A DNA stretch of 40,132 nt, from NCBI GenBank assembly GCA_020632075.1, contig JACKGH010000001.1:1-40132 (forward strand), given 5' to 3'. Both the position numbers and the translations under genes were made by a program. Below the pieces are notes generated by a model. It was not told the DNA's origin. It was given only the letters and a program-made list of their open reading frames with translations, and did no database searches. Below, piece by piece: positions 8,376 through 16,410 of this stretch (positions are counted from its first letter, which is position 1; each line of letters opens with the position of its first letter). Source of the stretch: Candidatus Nomurabacteria bacterium. Its GTDB lineage: Bacteria > Patescibacteriota > Minisyncoccia > Phycocordibacterales > UBA918.

Positions 8376-8735
8376 ATGAAAAAAGCCAACTCACTTTTCA
8401 CCAGTCTGTACACCTTTGCTCTAGTGTTCGGACTTCCAGTTGTTGCCGCAGCAGCTGATTTTTCTTGGACGGTCGAGAACCTTACTAAGTTCCCAGACCT
8501 TAAAACACTACTTCTCGGCATTCTCAACGTCTTCGTGGTGATCGCAACTCCGATCGTGGTGCTATTTATCATTTACTCTGGCTTTTTGTATGTGACAGCG
8601 CGTGGTAACCCGCAACAGCTCGAACAAGCGACACGTTCACTTACCTATTCGATCATTGGCGGGATACTCATTCTTGGTGCTGTTGCCTTCGCGGCAATTC
8701 TGCAGAATCTCATCAATGCCTTCGCGGCTCCGTAA
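8376..8735 (+). CDS. T4SS-type pilin (TrbC/VirB2-like), paralog 1, with signal peptide
   Basis: 119 aa. Signal peptide, then two hydrophobic helices joined by the loop ARGNPQQ. This is the typical two-helix pilin hairpin. Confidence 0.7.
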   Translation: MKKANSLFTSLYTFALVFGLPVVAAAADFSWTVENLTKFPDLKTLLLGILNVFVVIATPIVVLFIIYSGFLYVTARGNPQQLEQATRSLTYSIIGGILILGAVAFAAILQNLINAFAAP

Positions 8736-8746
8736 GCAATAATCGT

Positions 8747-9016
8747 ATGGGATCTAAAGAACTTACAAATCCACTCGCGTTTGCAAGTATTACTGATTTT
8801 CTTGCCGCAGTCTTGCAGGTGTTCATCATTATGGCGACCCCGATCGTTATCTTTTTCTTGATCTATGCTGGATTTTCATATGTCACTGCCCGTGGCAATC
8901 CAGCAAAGATCGAGCTGGCGAGTAAGTCGTTGCTCTACGGCGCAATTGGCGGAGTGGTAATACTTGGCTCAGTTGCGATTATGACCATTATTAAGAACCT
9001 GGTGGCTGCATTCTAG
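8747..9016 (+). CDS. T4SS-type pilin (TrbC/VirB2-like), paralog 2
   Basis: 89 aa. The segment ATPIVIFFLIYAGFSYVTARGNPAK closely parallels paralog 1. Confidence 0.7.
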   Translation: MGSKELTNPLAFASITDFLAAVLQVFIIMATPIVIFFLIYAGFSYVTARGNPAKIELASKSLLYGAIGGVVILGSVAIMTIIKNLVAAF

Positions 9017-9041
9017 TCAGTCGATCATTAACTAATACTTT

Positions 9042-9296
9042 ATGCCTCCAACAACGTACGCGGGTCTAGTAAATGAAGTAATAAATATCATCAACCTTGC
9101 TATACCGGCACTGTTTGGTTTTTTGTTTCTCTACTTCATGTGGAAAATGATCGACACGTGGATCCTACATGCTGGTGATCCAAATCAAATCGATGATGGG
9201 AAGAAGTATGCTATGGCTGCGGTGGTGGTCTTTGTGCTTGCGATCATCACCTACGGGCTTATCAGACTGATCAGAAATTCATTGTTTGGTGTGTAG
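9042..9296 (+). CDS. pilin-like two-helix membrane protein, paralog 3 (divergent)
   Basis: 84 aa, two TM helices with the loop HAGDPNQ. Confidence 0.55.
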   Translation: MPPTTYAGLVNEVINIINLAIPALFGFLFLYFMWKMIDTWILHAGDPNQIDDGKKYAMAAVVVFVLAIITYGLIRLIRNSLFGV

Positions 9297-9363
9297 TGAA
9301 AAGCACTTGTGCCGTGTATAACTACATTGTGTGCTTGTAATTATCAATTTATACTGTATCGTA

Positions 9364-9382
9364 AACGTTATAACGTTATAAT
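9364..9382 (+). promoter_or_regulatory. 14-bp perfect palindrome abutting a TATAAT box upstream of pilin paralog 4
   Basis: AACGTTATAACGTT (9364-9377) runs into TATAAT (9377-9382). Confidence 0.3.
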
Positions 9383-9400
9383 TTATTCATAAAAATACGT

Positions 9401-9781
9401 ATGAAAAAGATTGCATATCTAACCGGTTCGCTTGCGACATTGGCTCTGCCAATGGTAGCGGGTGCGCAGGGTATTACAAAAGCTGGTGGTAATCTTGGTG
9501 GTTTTGAGATCATCATCACCAACATCACCAATGCTATTACTACCTACCTATTGCCGTTTGTTCTTGCGTTGGCATTCATCGCATTTGCCTGGGGTATGTT
9601 CCAGTACTTCATCGCTGGCGGTGCTAACGAAGAAGCAAAAGAAAAGGGTAAGAGTTTGATGATCTACGGTGTACTTGGATTCGTTATGATCCTTATCTTG
9701 TGGGGTCTGGTGAACTTCCTGGTAAACTTCACAGGTTTAGGTGGTGATGTTGTTGTACCGCCAGTCGTGCCAAAGATCTAA
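9401..9781 (+). CDS. T4SS-type pilin-like protein, paralog 4, with signal peptide
   Basis: 126 aa. Signal peptide plus two TM helices with the loop AGGANEE. Confidence 0.6.
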   Translation: MKKIAYLTGSLATLALPMVAGAQGITKAGGNLGGFEIIITNITNAITTYLLPFVLALAFIAFAWGMFQYFIAGGANEEAKEKGKSLMIYGVLGFVMILILWGLVNFLVNFTGLGGDVVVPPVVPKI

Positions 9782-9810
9782 TCTTTCTAAAGCTTTTGGA
9801 ATTCCAAACA

Positions 9811-9833
9811 AAAGGCCGCGAAGCGGCCTTTTG
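9811..9833 (+). terminator. intrinsic terminator
   Basis: GGCCGC-gaa-GCGGCC followed by TTTTG. Confidence 0.7.
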
Positions 9834-9880
9834 TCTTGATAACTAGATTGCAGTATTGTCTGTTGTGTTAAAATTTTGCT

Positions 9881-10219
9881 ATGACACCACAAGAAAAGGC
9901 TGCAGCAGAAGCTGCTAGCTTTGTCGCGAAATTCAATAAGATCATTTTATTTCCAACCATCGCACTCCTGAGCGCGGTGGCATTCTTAGTGTTCCTTTGG
10001 GGTCTGGCTGAATACTTCATGAATGCAAATAATGAGCAGGCTAGACAGCAGGGAGTGAAACATATCACGTGGGGGATCATTGGTTTGGTGGTGATGATCT
10101 CGGCGTACGCGATTCTCACGGTTGCGGCTAACACCATTGGTATTGGTACGCAGCTGAAGTGTGCGACTGATCCAAGTCAACCTGGTTGTGGAGCTGCGTT
10201 TACTATTCCTGGTCCGTAG
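9881..10219 (+). CDS. pilin-like two-helix membrane protein, paralog 5
   Basis: 112 aa, two TM helices with the loop NANNEQ and a Cys-containing tail. Confidence 0.55.
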   Translation: MTPQEKAAAEAASFVAKFNKIILFPTIALLSAVAFLVFLWGLAEYFMNANNEQARQQGVKHITWGIIGLVVMISAYAILTVAANTIGIGTQLKCATDPSQPGCGAAFTIPGP

Positions 10220-10231
10220 GGAAGGGATCGA

Positions 10232-10276
10232 CAAAAGAAAAGGGCCGAAGCAGCAAGCTGCTTCGGCCCTATTTGG
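10232..10276. terminator. bidirectional terminator hairpin between convergent genes
   Basis: GGGCCGAAGCAGC-aa-GCTGCTTCGGCCC, with an A-rich run on one side and a T-rich run on the other. Confidence 0.65.
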
Positions 10277-10317
10277 TAGGACCCCTCAAACAAGAGGAGT
10301 TAAAGAACGTTGGAGAC

Positions 10318-11817
10318 TCAGCGTTGCTGTCGTATCAGAAAGCGTACGCCGGGTTGTCCCATAGCAAGCGCGACCGCTTCGATTGGACCTTCTTCGTCAG
10401 CTTTCTGTCTTGGCTTTGGTGTTAGTCGATGGATGTTCTGGGTTGAGCCCGGAACCTGCCACGGATACAGAAAGTTCACAAATTCCTCGGGATACTTGCC
10501 GGCAAGGTAATACTTCTCATCATCGGTATTTGTTACCAGACTGATGATCAGAGGCTTGCCGGCAACCTTCGGATACAACTGCAATTCCTCACCTCCTTGG
10601 CAGATGGTGAGCGTGCGTCCCCGTTCGTCAAACTTGTAATGCTCGACGCTTGCGGGGGTTGCGCAGCTGTCCGCCATTGCGACGGCTGTGCTAAACGAAA
10701 GGCCGTTCATAACTCCGGCCACGTTCAGTGCGATGACGGCAACAGCAGCCAGGAGGCTAGAGAAGCCCAAAGCAACGATGACTGCAGCCAGATTGATACC
10801 GTAGTCTTTGGATTCCTCTTTCGAGTCACTCCCAGACTTTTTCTTCCGAGGGATGATGCGCCACACAACGATGGTGCCGACCACGATCAGGCCGGCGACC
10901 CACCAGGGCATGTGAATCCTTTCCTCGACCCAGCTGATTGCCGGGTGTTTGGATATTGCACCATTTACGGTGCTGCCCCAGGTTTTGGCGTTCTGCCCCT
11001 GAACATCTTCGGTCGTGATGGGTACGAGCCGTACCCCATCCTTGGGATGGAAGCAGGTACCCTTGGTGGCGTAGTCGAACCCTTTTGCGGGGTATTCGAT
11101 GAGCACGCCTTCGATGTACTCTGAACGGCACATCTCCGGAGTGTAGTCACCAACCACCTCCCTCGTCACCGGATGAACCATGCGAATGGCTTCTCCGTTA
11201 GCGAAGTTTTTGCCAGGGTACTGGGGGAAGATGGCGATCCAGGCCGCGAAGATCGAAGCCAGGATTGCGTAGCCGAGGATGAATTTCCAGGCGACGCTGC
11301 CGTCGACATTGTAGTGTTGCAATGCCAGCAGGCCAAGCAAGACTGCCCAGAACATGATCCCGAACGAACCGATTGAGTGCTCAAACGGGAAGGTCATCAG
11401 CGTGAATCCAGCGACTACGGCGAGTAGCATGAAGGCGATGACAATCCGCATCCAGAGCAGAAGTCCTTGGAATACACCCTTGGACTTATCCTTGTCCTGT
11501 AGGAAGTGGGCGATAAGCCCGAAGACGCCAAATGCTAAAAGGTTGGTAACCTTGACGCCAGCCATCAGAATCATGAAGAACCCGATGAGCATGACGGCGG
11601 AGTTTACAAAGGGGTGGATGTAGACGTTTACGAGCAACATCACCACCACCAACCCGAGGACTGCCATAATGCTGAACAGTCCAGCCATGAAGATCTTGGT
11701 GAAGTTGTGAGTGATGAAGTTGCCCCAATCCTCAGTCGAGCTGTTGGAGTCTGGGACGACCACGTCGTCTTCGTCGGGGGCTCTGAAAGCCCAGGTCAGT
11801 TTTTTGAGCAGATTCAT
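10318..11817 (-). CDS. hypothetical polytopic membrane protein, 499 aa (about 8 TM, two soluble domains)
   Basis: SD is GGAGA 8 nt upstream and overlaps the stop of the upstream gene. Six N-terminal TM helices, a soluble domain of about 100 aa, two more TM helices, and a C-terminal domain of about 120 aa. No family recognised. Confidence 0.7.
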   Translation of the reverse strand: MNLLKKLTWAFRAPDEDDVVVPDSNSSTEDWGNFITHNFTKIFMAGLFSIMAVLGLVVVMLLVNVYIHPFVNSAVMLIGFFMILMAGVKVTNLLAFGVFGLIAHFLQDKDKSKGVFQGLLLWMRIVIAFMLLAVVAGFTLMTFPFEHSIGSFGIMFWAVLLGLLALQHYNVDGSVAWKFILGYAILASIFAAWIAIFPQYPGKNFANGEAIRMVHPVTREVVGDYTPEMCRSEYIEGVLIEYPAKGFDYATKGTCFHPKDGVRLVPITTEDVQGQNAKTWGSTVNGAISKHPAISWVEERIHMPWWVAGLIVVGTIVVWRIIPRKKKSGSDSKEESKDYGINLAAVIVALGFSSLLAAVAVIALNVAGVMNGLSFSTAVAMADSCATPASVEHYKFDERGRTLTICQGGEELQLYPKVAGKPLIISLVTNTDDEKYYLAGKYPEEFVNFLYPWQVPGSTQNIHRLTPKPRQKADEEGPIEAVALAMGQPGVRFLIRQQR

Positions 11818-11831
11818 CTATATTTCTCCTG

Positions 11832-12773
11832 TTAGCTGAGAAGTCTGTAGAAAAATCTGCGGATAGGTGACCATCTTGCCACTTCCGCACGATTTTTCGC
11901 TGCTTGTGTGCGGATGTGGTTGTTGATAGAAGCTCCGACGAGCTTCAGTTTATCGAAGCTGTCAGGAACGAACTCGTCGATCAGATCCAGAGTCTTTTTG
12001 TTGGGCATCAGCGGCACACCGAGTGCGTGCATGTATGCGACAGCGGCTTTGAAGCCGTCCTCGCGTTTACCTTTGACGCTTCTCTTGGTGCTTTCGCTTT
12101 CAGCCTTCTTGACGACCGAAACGATATGCTTGAGAAACCTTACGGTGTTTTTCGATTCCCCTTTGTACAGGTCCTCGCTTACCGTAGTCGTTTCCGTATC
12201 GAGCGGAACAGGCTTTTTATTCGCCTTCGGATCTTTTGGGTTCTGTGCCTTCGGATCTTTGCCGTTGGCCGCCTTCTGACCTTTGTTCTCGGTGGACTCA
12301 GGTTGTTTACCTGGTTCCTCATCTGCAACATTGGTTTCAAGCGGCCTGTCTTCTTCGGAAAAGCCCGGGAGTTTGACGGCGGTGACCACTTTCTTGGTGC
12401 CGACTTTCTTTGAAGCCGAATCCAGTCCGGTGACTGCCACTCGGAACTTATTCATCTGTGCAAAGGCAATTGCGGCCTTCACCCAGCTCCGGGGGTTTTC
12501 ACTGCTGCCGAAATGGTAGTGAATGAGGCCTACCAGAATCTCCTGGTCCTCCTCATCCAGTTCGAGAACAGCTCGAATGAACTTGATCTCGTCCCCATAA
12601 CCGGTAAGTCCAACGCGAAGTTTTTCTTCCGGCGGCAGGGAAGGGTCCACATCGGTCCGCTTTCCCACGACGCCCTTGAGGACATCGAAGACCGCATAGA
12701 TCTCGCCCCAATGGTCTTTAAGGAAGCTTACGACCTTTCGGGTCGCAGTTGTGTCAATGACTTTTGCTGCCAT
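11832..12773 (-). CDS. hypothetical protein, 313 aa, with a central Lys/Pro/Glu-rich disordered segment
   Basis: Start taken at ATG 12773, preceded by GGAGA 7 nt upstream. First gene of a two-gene operon. No family recognised. Confidence 0.65.
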   Translation of the reverse strand: MAAKVIDTTATRKVVSFLKDHWGEIYAVFDVLKGVVGKRTDVDPSLPPEEKLRVGLTGYGDEIKFIRAVLELDEEDQEILVGLIHYHFGSSENPRSWVKAAIAFAQMNKFRVAVTGLDSASKKVGTKKVVTAVKLPGFSEEDRPLETNVADEEPGKQPESTENKGQKAANGKDPKAQNPKDPKANKKPVPLDTETTTVSEDLYKGESKNTVRFLKHIVSVVKKAESESTKRSVKGKREDGFKAAVAYMHALGVPLMPNKKTLDLIDEFVPDSFDKLKLVGASINNHIRTQAAKNRAEVARWSPIRRFFYRLLS

Positions 12774-12832
12774 TTTTTGTCTCCAAATTGTCAAAAATTC
12801 ATTGAGAGGTAAGTCCTCTCTACCTGTTTTCT

Positions 12833-12861
12833 ATAATAGCATAAAATATAGTAAAAGTCAA
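12833..12861 (-). promoter_or_regulatory. sigma70-type promoter of the two-gene operon
   Basis: Minus strand reads TTGACT-17 nt-TATTAT with TGC before the -10. Confidence 0.5.
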
Positions 12862-12878
12862 GGATAGGGAAGGGTAAA

Positions 12879-13025
12879 ATGGCCTTATTTCTAGCCATAC
12901 TTTTGATATTTTGGTGGTTTTTGGTATGGGCCGCTTGCGCGACCAGATTTTTAGGGAGCGGTTTAGCGACCATAAAAATGGAAGTACTCTTTGTGGTGGA
13001 GCAAGCGTTTTGTAAAATGATTTGA
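12879..13025 (+). CDS. possible small hydrophobic protein, 48 aa (below the ORF-track cutoff)
   Basis: ATG preceded by GGGAAGGG. Translation is MALFLAILLIFWWFLVWAACATRFLGSGLATIKMEVLFVVEQAFCKMI, with one clear TM helix. Confidence 0.3.
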   Translation: MALFLAILLIFWWFLVWAACATRFLGSGLATIKMEVLFVVEQAFCKMI

Positions 13026-13065
13026 AGGCGTCACTGAGAAGTAGTTTTTCTTATGAGGTTTTGGT

Positions 13066-14121
13066 ATGATGGCGGCCATGAATACAGCGCAAAAAAGAGA
13101 TCTCCGTAGTCGCGAGCAAAAGCGTCACGATGCGGCGCTCGATACTCGGCCACGCACTACCGTGTCGTTCTATCGCTATGTGCGCTTGGCTGATCCTCAG
13201 GCATTCCGGGATAAGTTGTTTGCTAAGTGGTCTGAACTTGACTGTATGGGACGTATTTACGTCGCTTCTGAAGGTATTAATGCCCAGATGAACGTCCCAG
13301 ACATGTACTGGGATCAGTTTGATGCGTGGGTGCAGAATCAGCCTGAACTCAAGGGAATTCCATACAAAATTGCGGTTGAGGAAGGTGAAGCGCCGTCATT
13401 TTTCAAACTAACGATCAAAGTGCGACCGAAGATCGTGGCTGATGGTCTCGACGACAGCACGTTTGACGTGACCAACACTGGAGCGTATCTCACAGCAGCG
13501 CAAATGAATGAGTACGTCGATGATCCAGGCGCAGTGGTGTTTGATATGCGCAACAACTACGAAGCAGAAGTTGGACATTTTGCAGGTGCGATCACGCCAG
13601 ACGACTTCTCTACTTTTCGTGACGAACTTAAGAACACGCCAGAGCTTCTGAAGGAACACAAAGATAAGAAGGTGGCGATCTACTGCACGGGCGGCATTCG
13701 CTGCGAAAAAGCATCTGCTTGGCTAAAGCATAACGGCTTTAAAGATGTGAAGCACCTCAAAGGTGGAATCATTGACTACAAGCGCCAAGTAGAAGAGCAA
13801 GGTCTTGAGAATAAATTCCGGGGTAAGAATTTCGTGTTTGACGAGCGACTTGGTGAACGGATCAGTGATGAGGTCATCTCAACCTGTCATCTTTGCAAAA
13901 CAAACAAATGTGACACGCACCATCACTGCAAGAACCAGATCTGTCACCAGTTATTCATCGGGTGTGATGACTGTATCGAAAAGCGCAAAGGGTACTGTTC
14001 ATGGAAATGTGCGCAAGTAGACAAGATCCCGCAGAAATACAAGAAGCCGATCGCGCGTTGGTACAACCAACTCATTCGCAAACGACGACCGTTTCAGAAG
14101 ACAAGACTACAAGCCTCTTAA
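13066..14121 (+). CDS. trhO: rhodanese-domain protein of the UPF0176/TrhO (tRNA uridine-34 hydroxylase) type
   Basis: 351 aa. Rhodanese active-site loop YCTGGIRCEKA and the Cys/His-rich C-terminal extension typical of this family. Confidence 0.75.
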   Translation: MMAAMNTAQKRDLRSREQKRHDAALDTRPRTTVSFYRYVRLADPQAFRDKLFAKWSELDCMGRIYVASEGINAQMNVPDMYWDQFDAWVQNQPELKGIPYKIAVEEGEAPSFFKLTIKVRPKIVADGLDDSTFDVTNTGAYLTAAQMNEYVDDPGAVVFDMRNNYEAEVGHFAGAITPDDFSTFRDELKNTPELLKEHKDKKVAIYCTGGIRCEKASAWLKHNGFKDVKHLKGGIIDYKRQVEEQGLENKFRGKNFVFDERLGERISDEVISTCHLCKTNKCDTHHHCKNQICHQLFIGCDDCIEKRKGYCSWKCAQVDKIPQKYKKPIARWYNQLIRKRRPFQKTRLQAS

Positions 14122-14130
14122 TCCGCTGTT

Positions 14131-16218
14131 ATGGTTCGATCGCTGTTACTCACTGTTACGTTTCTCTCGGCTGCACTACTGTTCACTATCCAGCCTTTGT
14201 ACGCAAAATATCTGCTGCCGTCATTTGGTGGCACCTCATCAGTGTGGACGATCTCAGTCTTTTTCTATTCCACGACATTGCTCCTAGGATACATTTACGC
14301 GTCTCTACTTACTAGTATGCCTTCACGGCAAGCACTACTCCTCCATGCGAGTTTGCTTTCGTGTACTGGTCTCATGTTGCTGTCGCGCTGGATCGGCGCC
14401 GATTCACCGCTTTTGATCGATACTGTTTCGGGTGGTTGGCCAGCCCTTTCAGTGTTACTCACATTGCTTTATGCGCTCGGGTTGCCGGTGCTGTTGCTGG
14501 CCAGCACCTCAGTCTTGGTGCAGCATCTGTTTGCGCGACTCACTAAAGACGAGCCATATGCGTTGTATGGTCTATCTAATGCTGGTTCATTGCTTGGTCT
14601 CCTCCTGTACCCGTTTGTGCTTGAGCCGTTCACTGATCTTTCGGTGCAAGCGATCTGGTGGATGTGCGGATATCTGCTATTTTTACTCATTCTACTTTTT
14701 GCTTGGCACAAAACCGAAACCCAGGCTCCAGAGGGTAAGCCGGCAAAGTTCTTGATGACAAAGTTGCGGCACCGGCCACAGATCATTTTCATGGCTGCTA
14801 TCCCGACCTTTTTGCTTGCCTCCGGTACAGAATTTCTAAGTAAGGGAATCGCGTCGTTTCCGCTCTTGTGGGTCATTCCGCTCGTCTTGTATCTTCTCTC
14901 GTTTATTTTTGCCTTTAGAAACACCGAAGGTAAGGTGTCGCGCACAAAGCTTGGGTTTGGGTTGATACTGTTACTCTTATTGGTATTTTCTATACTGCCA
15001 GTCATCGACTCGGGAGTAGCGGTGTATTGGGTCGGCTTCGTGTGTTTTAGTGTCACTTTTTACTTCATTTGTCTCTACTTCCATAAAAGAATCTACGATC
15101 TTCGACCACGAGTGTCTGAATTAGGTAGTTTTTATGTGTTTTTGACCATTGGTGGAGCACTTGGTTCTGGTTTGGTGGGTTTTGTCATGCCCACACTTCT
15201 CAATGATCAGGTAGAACTGCATTATGTGTTGGCTGCTCTGATGTTGTACTTCGTCTCTCGGTATATGGAATGGTTGACCGGTACGGTTCAAGCTTTCTTT
15301 GTCCGGGCAACCCAAGCATTCTTGTTTTTTGCGACGTTTTTGTTCCTGACCTCAGTTACAATGGATGAGAGTCTGTATGCCAGCGAACGGAATTTCTATG
15401 GCACGTTAAAGGTACATGATCAAACGATCATGTTGGATGAGGAAGCAGTCACGCTCCGAACGATCTCAAATGGTGCAACTAATCACGGACACCAGCCTCA
15501 AGATGCACGGTACGAGCGAATTCCTGGTAGCTACTACGGACCAGGTTCAGGAATTGATGTTGCCATACAACACGCAGAATCAAAACAAGGAGCTCCGCGT
15601 GTCGCCGTGGTGGGGTTGGGAGCTGGAATGATGGGTGCGTACTGCGATCAGATGGCAGATCTTACGTTCGTTGAGATCAATCCTTTGGTGGTAGCCATGG
15701 CTAGGGATCACTTTACGTTCTTGGACATGTGTCCAGACAAGACCGAAGTCCTTATTGGTGACGGTCGACTTGTTTTGGAAGAATTGGCTGCAAGAGAAGA
15801 ACAGAAATTTGATGTGATCATGATCGATGCATTTACCGACGATGCGATCCCTTCACATCTTTTGACAGCTGAAGCATTTACTGGTGCGTATCAGCCATTG
15901 CTGGCTGATGGTGGGGTGTTGGTCGTGCATATTTCAAATAAATACTTGAATCTACATTTACCGATCGCTGCAATGGCGCGAGCAGGTAGATATGAGATCT
16001 TGACGGTCAATAATCGAGTTGACGGTTCAGATCCGTTGGCAATGAATAGTAGCTGGGTTTTAGTGGTTAAACCTGATGAAGTTGGAGAGTTTTTGGGTTA
16101 TGAGAATGTTGCAGAATACACTGGCAAGGAACTCCTTTGGACAGATCAGAAAAATAGTGTGATTGGTGCTTTGTCACTCAGCGGAAGTAGAATAAGCGTT
16201 GATACTTCATCAGAATAG
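14131..16218 (+). CDS. fused polytopic membrane / spermidine-synthase-like protein
   Basis: 695 aa. Many N-terminal TM helices, then a C-terminal methyltransferase-fold domain (VAVVGLGAGMM, VIMIDAFTDD). Confidence 0.8.
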   Translation: MVRSLLLTVTFLSAALLFTIQPLYAKYLLPSFGGTSSVWTISVFFYSTTLLLGYIYASLLTSMPSRQALLLHASLLSCTGLMLLSRWIGADSPLLIDTVSGGWPALSVLLTLLYALGLPVLLLASTSVLVQHLFARLTKDEPYALYGLSNAGSLLGLLLYPFVLEPFTDLSVQAIWWMCGYLLFLLILLFAWHKTETQAPEGKPAKFLMTKLRHRPQIIFMAAIPTFLLASGTEFLSKGIASFPLLWVIPLVLYLLSFIFAFRNTEGKVSRTKLGFGLILLLLLVFSILPVIDSGVAVYWVGFVCFSVTFYFICLYFHKRIYDLRPRVSELGSFYVFLTIGGALGSGLVGFVMPTLLNDQVELHYVLAALMLYFVSRYMEWLTGTVQAFFVRATQAFLFFATFLFLTSVTMDESLYASERNFYGTLKVHDQTIMLDEEAVTLRTISNGATNHGHQPQDARYERIPGSYYGPGSGIDVAIQHAESKQGAPRVAVVGLGAGMMGAYCDQMADLTFVEINPLVVAMARDHFTFLDMCPDKTEVLIGDGRLVLEELAAREEQKFDVIMIDAFTDDAIPSHLLTAEAFTGAYQPLLADGGVLVVHISNKYLNLHLPIAAMARAGRYEILTVNNRVDGSDPLAMNSSWVLVVKPDEVGEFLGYENVAEYTGKELLWTDQKNSVIGALSLSGSRISVDTSSE

Positions 16219-16224
16219 GTAAAA

Positions 16225-16267
16225 ACAAGATCCTGCCAGATTCTTCTGGCAGGATCTTGTTTCTTTG
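16225..16267 (+). terminator. intrinsic terminator
   Basis: 16-bp stem ACAAGATCCTGCCAGA-ttct-TCTGGCAGGATCTTGT followed by TTCTTTG. Confidence 0.75.
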
Positions 16268-16410
16268 TGCGCAGGAGAGGACTTGAAACTTACAGTTTCA
16301 GTACAGGTTGTCGATATTTTGTTCACAAGCTCCAAAATATCTGACTAACCTTTTCAACTCCTCACGAAAATGCTCCCAGCATTTTCTTCCAGCTTCTTCA
16401 CTTCGTTCAG
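16268..16410 (-). repeat. tRNA-linked element: conserved long hairpin plus a 20-nt duplicate of the tRNA-Leu(TAG) 3' end
   Basis: 16268-16287 is identical to 16411-16430 (T-loop through acceptor 3' strand). The hairpin at 16306-16350 has a GATATTTTG/CAAAATATC core and the loop GAGCTTGTGAA. About 67 nt aligns without gaps to 33291-33357. Confidence 0.5.

Larger units (their letters stand above)
10217..12874. other. compositionally atypical 2.6-kb islet bounded by 10-bp direct repeats
   Basis: TAGGGAAGGG occurs at 10217-10226 (it contains the stop codon of pilin paralog 5) and again at 12865-12874 (it would serve as the SD for the small ORF at 12879). The interior is richer in GC and uses a different codon style. 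Confidence 0.4.

Noticed and set aside
10597-12413. Plus-strand ORFs (175 aa, 169 aa, 123 aa and others) inside the islet.
   Set aside because: They are antisense to the two well-signalled minus-strand genes and are open only because of the higher GC content. They have no SD or promoter.
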